Shown: positions 49,064 through 64,000 of the stretch, in pieces
Position numbering within the stretch: the stretch's first letter is position 1
How the letters are laid out: each line of letters begins with the position of its first letter
Assembly (NCBI GenBank): GCA_951406725.2
Contig: OX597833.1
Coordinates: 58,342,001 to 58,406,000 of the forward strand
Length of the DNA: 64,000 bases
Reading direction: 5' to 3'
Source of the DNA: Octopus vulgaris
Lineage: Eukaryota
Position numbers and translations under genes: made by a program
Notes under the pieces: model-generated
What the model saw: only the letters and a program-made list of their open reading frames with translations
Database searches by the model: none
What the model was told of the DNA's origin: nothing

Positions 49064-50022
49064 CATACACACGATCACACACACACACATACATACATAC
49101 ACACACACACAGAGGCTCGGAGAATGCGACAGGTGTTGTGCGTAGTAGTAGTTGTAGTAGTAGTAGTGGTGGTGGTGGCTACCGGCAGATTTGGATCTGT
49201 CAGTCGGCCTAGCTTCAAAACACCCATCTCTACCTTAAAATCCTGTCCTGATCAGCTGTTTTCGTTTTTCGCCAACCGACTAAGCAGCCAGCCCGTCTTT
49301 TCTAGCCGCCCCGTGCCTGTTGCTTTCTACTTAGCATATCCCCCCCCCCCACTTCTTTTCGTATTTCAACACAGACACACACTTTCCTTTCTGCACAGCT
49401 CCTTCTCGCAGCCACCGCTTTCTTCCTCGGCGTATTCTACTGCGCACTTAAGAAATGGCTAGCAATGCAAGAAACAGCAGCAATGCTCTCTCCCTCACTC
49501 AAATCACACATCTTGCCGTCTTAAAGAGACAAAGGGAAGAACACAAATAATAATAATAATAATAGTCCTTAATCCGAGATGGTCACAGCTGGAACGCCTC
49601 TTGATCACACGTCCATTCGATCATCATTGACCTCGTACTATAAACAACAAACTATTCTATGAGCTGTTAGAAATAGTAGCCAAATTTCCCTGAAATCAAA
49701 CACTCTACCGTCTCAAACAGAAAATAATAAAAGGACAATATATAATCGCAGATATTCGTTAATATATGTGGGGCGGCCTCGATTAAAATGCTTTTGTTTA
49801 TATGTATGCTTGATCAGGGCCAACTTGAAGCTAAAGCAACCAGCAAGATAATGACTGTTGTTCCTCTATACTTTACATTGAACCAGTTTTTTTTTTGTTT
49901 ACTTCCTTCCATTTCACTTCTGTTAGAAAAATAGTAGTCTACATTATCTGTGTTTGAAAATAGTCTCGTTCTTTTCTTCCCACCTTCTCTCTCTCTCTCG
50001 TCTGCTTTGCATGTTTTTAAAG

Positions 50023-50090
50023 CTTCGGGGAGAAGAGAAAGGGCAATGATCTCTGACCTTGACCTTTATTTGCCAGAGCCTCTGAAATTG
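50023..50090 (+). CDS. Candidate internal coding exon (xSGRRERAMISDLDLYLPEPLKL)
   Basis: Long pyrimidine tract + AG, TTG|GTGAGG donor; only the phase-1 frame is open. Confidence 0.25.
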
Positions 50091-50965
50091 GTGAGGTTAC
50101 TGCTCGTGAAAGGCAGGCATAGAGAAACAACAACCCCTTAGGTTGTTGCGGTAGAAAACGGCGATCCAACTTATCAAATTTATTCTCAAACCGGGAACCT
50201 GGTCGAAATACTTGCAACGCCGTGGACTCCGTTGAAGGCACCCATAAGGCCGGGTACTAGCAGTTGTGGAAATGTGTACGCTAGGCCTTTCTCTGAGACC
50301 CTAATGCTAATCTTATCTGCGTATGCTGGGGTCGAGTGTGAAGGGACACTAGTGCATTGCTTTGCCCGAGAAAGCGGTCGTAGTGGTGAAATAGACGACG
50401 AGCTGGCAGAAACGTTAGCGCTCCGGGCGAAATGCTTAGCGGTATTTCGTGTGCTGTTTGTTACGTTGTGAGTTCAAATTCCGCCGAGGTCGACTTTGCC
50501 TTTCATCCTTTCGGGGTCGATAAATTAAGTACCAGTTACGCACTGGGGTCGATGTAATCGACTTAATACCTATGTCTGTCTTTGTTTGTCTCCTCTATGT
50601 TTAGCCCCTTGTGGGTAATAAAGAAATAGAAATAGACTACGAATCTAAGCCGACCGTTTAAGAATAAGCACAGTTTCGCTCGGCTCGTGATAAAAGAGTC
50701 AAAGGTTCACGGTGCTGCGCAGTGAGATCGATCCCGGAGCTTGCTAGCTTGACAGTATGGCTGGAGCCGGATGTGGGAGAAGCATACGAAAAAAGCGAAG
50801 CTGCTTAAGAAATGAACACGAATTCCCCAAGTCCACTCGTGTTGTTGATGTTTCGTATCAACTCAGCTCTGATTGAACAGATCTGTCGACAAAACCGTTC
50901 CAGCTGTGACCTTCCCATAGTGCATCCAGGACCACATTATCTCTAACGTGTCCCTATCTCTTTCC

Positions 50966-51370
50966 TGGCAAGATCGTTAGCACGCTGGGCGAAATGCTTC
51001 GCGGTATTTCGTCTGCCGTTACGTTCTGAGTTCGAATTCCGCCGAAGTCGACTTTGCTTTTCATCCTTTCGGGGTCGATAAATTAAGTACCAGTTACGCA
51101 CTGGGGTCGATGTAATCGACTTAATACCTATGTCTGTCCTTGTTTGTCCCCTCTGTGTTTAGCCCCTTGTGGGTAGTAAAGAAATAGGTATTTCGTCTGC
51201 CGTTACGTTCTGAGTTCGAATTCCGCCGAGGTCGACTTTGCCTTTCATCCTTTCGGGGTCGGTAAATTAAGTACCAGTTACACACTGAGGTCGATGTAAT
51301 CGACTTAATCTGTTTGTCTGTCCTTGTTTGTCCCCTCTGTGTTTAAGCCCCTTGTGGGTAGTAAAGAAAT
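50966..51370 (+). mobile_element. SINE family B dimer
   Basis: Junction AAGAAATAGGTATTTC at ~51186. Confidence 0.88.
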
Positions 51371-52076
51371 AGATAGCTATGATATGATGTGAAGGAAGTT
51401 TGGCTGCTATTTCTACCGTACCCAGCGACCTAGTCGTATTCTTCCTTTTGAGCGCCTCCTGTTTACTGAAAACACTGCCGAGGCTTTTTTTTTTAATCCT
51501 TACTTTTTCTCTCATATTACAACAAGGTCCATACGACCAGTGATTTACTGAAGACCTCATTCGGCCATCGTTCTTGTTTAACCCCGGGTCAGCCCTAATG
51601 GATCTTTAAGATCTGCCCTGATTAAACAGAACTCACTGATCACAAAAAAGCATTCATTTTCAGCCATGACTATCTCGTCTTTTTATTATTATTATCATTA
51701 TTATTATTATTATTATTATTATGATTATTATTATTATTATTATTATTCTTTTAAGGCAGCATCGTCTAATACGGCTTTATTTATTACGAGGAAGGTTTTT
51801 TGCTGTTATTTCTAGCATGTCAAGCGGCACGAAGAGGATCTCTGGTTTATTTAAGGTTTGGCAAAGTTTGAAGCGACGACCGATGAACCATCATCGACTG
51901 ACTGACTATCGAATATGATGGTCATGGATGGGCTGCCGGCAGCTTTTTTTTGTATTGAATCATTTTTTGTGTCAAATCATATGGTGTTTCTTTACCTGGT
52001 CGCTCAACTCGCTGGATATAGCAACCAAATCTCCCTCAAAGAACGTCTTACTGTCAGTTAAAAAAAAAAAAAGAAG

Positions 52077-52249
52077 GGCAATCTTTATCTCTAGTAGACC
52101 TTTCCGTCGATTTCCGTAAAAAAATTTATTTTTTTTTACATATGGGCTTGCGGGAACTTTTGAAGTAATGAGAGCGAAAGAGACTAAGAGAAAGCGATTG
52201 TATGACGAGGGAAGTTCTTTTGAAGTTACCGTGCATGGGAGCATTGATG

Positions 52250-52287
<38 letters not shown>

Positions 52288-52513
52288 ATGGGGTGTGGGA
52301 GACAGACAGTATGTTGTGTAAGTGAAGTGCTTCTGTTAGTGTGTGTGAAGAGACAGAGAGAGTAATGTGTGAAAGAAAGAGATAACTGAAATTTTTTACT
52401 CGGTGTATGTGTATATGTATGTATATTACTTCAAAAGTTCCCGCAAGCCCATATGTAAAAAAAAAAAATTTACGGAAATCGACGGAAAGGTCTACTAGAG
52501 ACGAAAGATCGCC
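52077..52513. mobile_element. MITE family F, Merlin-like (opposite orientation to 2899 copy)
   Basis: Long TIRs; 8-bp TSD AAAAGAAG. Confidence 0.9.
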
Positions 52514-52578
52514 AAAAGAAGATAATGAATGGATAGATATTATGTCTGAATTTTAATAAATTTAATCATTCGAAACCT

Positions 52579-53150
52579 TGGCAGAAATGTTAGCACGCCG
52601 GGCGAAATGCGTAGCCGTATTTCGTCTGCAGTTAGTTACGTTCTGGGTTCAAATTCCGCTGAGGTCGACTTTGCCTTTCATTCTTTCGGGGTCGATTAAA
52701 TAAGTACCAGTTACGCACTGGGGTCGATATAATCGACTTATTCCTTTTATCTGTCCTTGTTTGTCCCCTCTGTGTGTAGCCCCTTGTGAGTAGTAAAGAA
52801 ATAGGTATTTCGTCTGCCGTTACGTTCTGATTTCAAATTCCGCCGAGGTCGACTTTGCCTTTCATCCTTTCGGGGTCGATACATTAAGTACCAGGTACGC
52901 ACTGGGGTCGATGCAATCGACTTAATCCGTTTGTCTGTCCTTGTTTGTCCCCTCTCTGTTTAGCCCCTTGTGGGTAGTAAAGAAATAGGTATTTCGTCTG
53001 TCTTTACGTTCTGGGTTCAAATTCCGCCGAGGTCGACTTTGCCTTTCATTCTTTCGGGGTCGATAAATTAAGTACCAGTTACTTAATCCGTTTGTCTGTC
53101 CTTGTTTGTCCCCTCTTGTGTTTAACCCCTTGTGGGTAATAAAGAAACAT
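52579..53150 (+). mobile_element. SINE family B trimer
   Basis: Junctions at ~52803 and ~52987. Confidence 0.88.
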
Positions 53151-53671
53151 ATACTAGCGTACACCCTTGCCTATTGAGTTTCCATCCGGCTGGCGCCCCT
53201 GTGCATTTTTTCTCTTAATCCCCCCCCTCTCTCTCTCGCGCGCGTGTGTGTGTGAATGTTTATTATTATTTCTATGTGAGCTCCAGGGTTTAATCGCCAG
53301 CGCACGCACTCACGAATCGTCATCCACCAACACCAGGCGACTTCACGTATCTACCCGCCTTTCGACCTACTTGCCCAGCTATTCACACGCAGTCTGGTAC
53401 CCACCACCACCACCGCTCTGCACTACCAACGCCAAATAATACCACTCGCTATTTATATATTATACTAACCCCACAACTACTTCGCCTTCAACCACTAACA
53501 CTAGCGCTACTACTACTATGTATTATACCTCGTTGTATTTCCACCATCCCTGCTATCACCCGAGCCGACGAGAGAGAGAGAGAGAGAGAGAGAGCATCTG
53601 TGTAGCCGCTCGTCATGCTAGAAATAGTAACCAAAACCGCTCTGGTAACACGCACTACTATTTTAAGATAT

Positions 53672-54037
53672 ATTCCTTTACTACCCACAAGGGGCTAAAC
53701 ACAGAGAGGACAAACAAGGACAGACAAACGGATTAAGTCGATTATATCGACCCCAGTGCGTAACTGGTACTTATTTAATCGACCCCAGAAGGATGAAAGG
53801 CAAAGTCGACCTCGGCGGAATTTGAACTCAGAACGTAGCAGCAGACGAAATACCTATTTCTTTACTACCCACAAGGGGCTAAACACAGAGAGGACAAACA
53901 AGGACAGACAAACGGATTAAGTCGATTATATCGACCCCAGTGCATAACTGGTACTTAATGAATCGACCCCGAAAGGATGAAAGGCAAAGTCGACCTCGGC
54001 GGAATTTGAACTCAGAACGTTGCGACAGACGGAAATA
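53672..54037 (-). mobile_element. SINE family B dimer, headless
   Basis: Junction at ~53854. Confidence 0.85.
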
Positions 54038-54373
54038 TCTTAAAATAAGGAAAGACATTGGACTGGTCTAGTTCCAGGTATAAGTAACCTATTTTCGAGG
54101 AGCGGGCCTGCATGAGACATTGGTTCATCGTCAGGCGGGCCGCACCACTAAACAGAAAATTCAAGGTAATATTTCGTTAGGTGTGCCAAGCAGAAAGAAG
54201 AAAGTCTTACGGGTGGTGGTTTGCCTGTGCCTGGTCCAGTCCCCTTGTATGCTACAAGGAAAACGTGATGGCCACGACTAGAATAGTTTGATTAGAACTG
54301 GTTTCTGCTTCTCAACAGCAACAACAATAACCACTGCTAATATTACTGCTACTATTCCTACCTCTACTATCTT

Positions 54374-54525
54374 CACAATGTTAACACACTACCTATTTCT
54401 TTATTACCCACAAGGGGCTAAACACAGAGGGGACAAACAAGGACAGACATAGGTATTAAGTCGATTACAACGACCTCAGTGCGTAACTGGTACTTAATTT
54501 ATCGACCCCGAAAGGATGAAAGGCA
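54374..54525 (-). mobile_element. 5'-truncated SINE family B
   Basis: TSD AACACACTACC. Confidence 0.88.
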
Positions 54526-55050
54526 ACACACTACCACTGCTAACTAGTAGCACCCGTCTCTCTTTCAAAGACTGCACTAACACCCGCATCTTCGTTATCA
54601 TTAACACCTGTAAACACAAAACACCACTTTCACTCGAGCTAACGAAGGGGGCATCTGAGATGGTCACTCGGCTTGTTAGAAATGACAGCCAAACATCCAT
54701 CAAATCAATTGCTACCGTCTTCAAAGAATGGATAAAATACGTTCGATTAATATAGTTTCGAATAAATAATGCCTTTTAAGAATATAACTGGGTGGTCATG
54801 ACTGGAATGCTTTTGGTTATAGGTTGCTCTGTCGTAGCTTATGTGGTGCGAAACAGCAATAGAGACAACAACGATCGTATCACTGCCCTAGCCACCACCC
54901 TGCTAAGGAGGTCTCTACGTGGTCTTTGGATTTGCTAGAAATAGTAGTTTTAATCTTCCTCAAACCTCACCCTGTGTTACAGAAGCAAAAAAAAAAAAGG
55001 GGGGGGAGAAGCATTTATTGCAAGGTGTAGTCCCAGATGTGCAGAGGGGT

Positions 55051-55440
<390 letters not shown>

Positions 55441-55859
55441 AGATACGTCTGACTGATCAAGGTTAACCTAGAGTTAAACAACGAACCCTAACCCTCTAAC
55501 CACCACAGTAGCAGTACCACCGGAAACCACCACTACTAAACCAACCTTTTAGTAGCACTACTACCATCACCTCATCATCACCAATAAACACGCCACAACC
55601 ACCGCAACTACATCGCTAACAGCACCACCACCACCACTCCTACTAGAAACCACCACCACCAACAACAACAACAACACTACCACCGCCTCAGCTCGAACAG
55701 CTATCATCACAACCAGTAGCCAACGAGTATCTTTCGAGCTACCCCCAAACCGTTCTACCATCCACCCTCCTCCACCCGAAAACACTGACCTAAATATGGA
55801 AATATATTTTTCTTCTACAAGCAGAAGAGGAGGAGGAGGAGGAAAATACTTTTGATGAA

Positions 55860-56280
55860 CTTTTTCTCTCTCTCTCTCTCTTCCTCCTCCTCCTCCTCCC
55901 TTTTATTCCTTCTCGTATTATTCTCCCTTTCCTCCCTCACTCTTTCTCATATTCTTTTCCCCGTCTCTCTCTCTTTTTTCCCCTCTCCCTCCCTCCCTCT
56001 GTCTTTCGTCTATACTGTGACTATCACTTGCCTTCTTTTTTTTCTCTCTCTCTCTCTCCTTCAGTTTCTTTCTTTCTTTCTCTCTCTCTCCTTCAGTTTC
56101 TTTCTTTATTTCTCTCTCTCTCTCCTTCAGTTTCTCTCTTTATTTCTCTCTCTCTCTCCTTCAGTTTCTCTCTTTATTTCTCTCTCTCTCTCCTTCAGTT
56201 TCTCTCTCTCCTTCAGTTTCTCTCTCTCTCTCCCCCCTTCAGTTTCTTTCTTTATTTCTCTCTCTCTCTCTCTCTCTCTC
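55860..56280. repeat. CT-rich minisatellite (CCTTCAGTTTCTCTCTTTATTTCTCTCTCTCT)n
   Basis: Direct reading. Confidence 0.85.
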
Positions 56281-56659
56281 ATTTATATATATATATAATA
56301 TATGTATGACTTGTTTTCCTCAATCCCCAATCTCTCCTCCCCTCTATACATTAATTCTTCTCTCCAGGTCACTTGATTCGGTACACAAACAAGCCTGCAC
56401 ACGATTCAAGTACACACACACTCACATATACACACACACACGCGCGCGTATATACATTGCATTGGCACAGGTACATGCGAGCGCACAACATATATATGCA
56501 TTATGCACGTGCATATAAGTATGTGCATGCATATGTGTGTATATGCAGTTGTGTGCACATATGCATAAAGGTGCATATGCACAAACACACATTGTCACAG
56601 TTGCACGCGAACATAGAGCAGATAAGTATGCATACACACACACACTATTTGTGTACCTC

Positions 56660-56839
56660 TGCATGTATGTATGTATGCATTCATATTTATATACATATGA
56701 GCATATATATATGTGTGTGTGTGTGTGTGTATGTATGTGTGTGTATGTATGTGTGTGTATGTATGTATGTATGTATGTATGTATGCATTCATATTTATAT
56801 ACATATGAGCGTATGTATGTATGTATATATGTATGTATG

Positions 56840-56871
<32 letters not shown>

Positions 56872-57079
56872 AATGTATATATGTATGTATGTATATATGT
56901 ATTCATATATATATGTATGTATATATATATATATGTGTATATATGTGTATATATATATGTGTATATATATATGTGTATATATATGTATGTGTATATATGT
57001 ATGTGTATATATGTATGTGTATATATGTATGTGTATATATGTATGTGTGTATATATGTATGTGTGTATATATGTATGTG

Positions 57080-57112
<33 letters not shown>

Positions 57113-57250
57113 GTATGTGTATATATGCATGTGTATATATGTATGTGTATATATGTGTGTATATATGTATGTATGTGTATATATATGTATATATGTTATA
57201 TGTATGTAAGCTTTCGTGTATATACGCTACGTATATATATACACACACAT
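56660..57250. repeat. (TA)/(TG)/(TATG) compound microsatellite
   Basis: Direct reading. Confidence 0.95.
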
Positions 57251-57401
57251 ACCAACATACGCGGGCGCACACGCACACTCGTGCACCCGTCCACACGCGC
57301 GCACGTGCACACGGTTTGTAACTGAGGGCCGGGGTGGGTGAAGATATTGAGTTATATAACTTTGAGGAGTTTTAGGCTTTAATATAAGAAACTAAACAAC
57401 A

Positions 57402-57990
57402 AGGCGCAGGAGTGGCTGTGTGGTAAGTAGCTTGTTTACCAACCACATGGTTCCGGGTTCAGTCCCACTGTGTGGCACCTTGGGCAAGTGTCTTCTACTA
57501 TAGCCTCGGGCCGACCAACGCCTTGTGAGTGGATTTGGTAGACGGAAACTGAAAGAAGCCCGTCGTATATATGTATATATATATATATATATATATGCGC
57601 AGGAGTGGCTGTGTGGTAAGTAGCTTGTTTACCAACCACATGGTTCCGGGTTCAGTCCCACTGCGTGGCACCTTGGGCAACTGTCTTCTGCTATAGCCTC
57701 GGGCCGACCAACGCCTTGTGAGTGGATTTGGTAGACGGAAACTGAAAGAAGCCCGTCGTATATATATGTATATATATATATGTGTGTGTGTCTGTGTTTG
57801 TCCCCCTAGCATTGCTTGACAACCGATGCTGGTGTGTTTATATCCCCGTAACTTAGCGGTTCGGCAAAACAGACCGATAGAATAAGTACTGGGCTTACAA
57901 AGAATAAGTCCCGGGGTCGAGTTGCTCGACTAAAAGGCGGTGCTCCAGCATGGCCGCAGTCAAAATGACTGAAACAAGTGAAAAGAGAAA
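57402..57990 (+). mobile_element. SINE A with tandemly duplicated 5' half
   Basis: Both halves share private variants (CTTGTTTACC, CCAACGCC). Confidence 0.88.
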
Positions 57991-58297
57991 GAGAAACTCT
58001 ATTTGGTTTCAGTAAGTTTTTTTCTATTGGCAGAAACGTTAGCATGCCGGGCGAAATACTTAGCGGTACTTCGTCCGCCGCTACGTTCAGAGTTCAAATT
58101 CCACCGAGGTCGACTTTGGCTGTCATCCTTTCGAGGTCGATAAATTAAGTACCAGTGAAACACTGTGGTGGATGTACTCCACTCATTCCCTCCTCCTAAA
58201 AACTGTTGCCCTTGTAGTTAATTTTGAAGCCATTAATATTAAGGCGGCGAGCTGGCAGAACTGTTAGCACACTGGGCGAAATGCTGAGCGGTATTTC

Positions 58298-58397
58298 NNN
58301 NNNNNNNNNNNNNNNNNNNNNNNNNNNNNNNNNNNNNNNNNNNNNNNNNNNNNNNNNNNNNNNNNNNNNNNNNNNNNNNNNNNNNNNNNNNNNNNNN
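58298..58397. other. Assembly gap (100 N)
   Basis: Run of N. Confidence 1.

Positions 58398-64000
<5,603 letters not shown>

Noticed and set aside
50054-50065. TGACCTTGACCT DR0 nuclear-receptor motif
   Set aside because: Single short motif, common in invertebrate DNA, and overlapping a candidate exon; no support.

Overview
Eukaryotic, AT-rich, repeat-dense non-coding DNA, very probably from an octopus (cephalopod), inferred from its tRNA-derived SINE families and microsatellite load. It is most likely intronic or intergenic. None of the supplied ORFs looks like a real gene: they are translations of SINEs or microsatellites. The window holds four tRNA-headed SINE families (here called A-D, dozens of copies). 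It also holds several non-autonomous DNA transposons: two GG-ended MITE families with 8-bp TSDs (Merlin-like), three hAT MITEs, one TA-TSD Tc1/mariner MITE and two foldback elements. Further features are a 5'-truncated R4/Dong-like LINE end in a (TAA)n tract, mini/microsatellites, and a ~4.9 kb near-identical duplication across a 100-N gap. The most interesting signals are (i) a same-strand cluster of four Penelope-type hammerhead-ribozyme motifs at 38.1-40.6 kb, three with a non-canonical CUGNNGA core, and (ii) SINE-B multimers that always share one precise junction. A few weak candidate exons suggest a possible + strand host gene. Coordinates were read by eye and may be off by a few bases.
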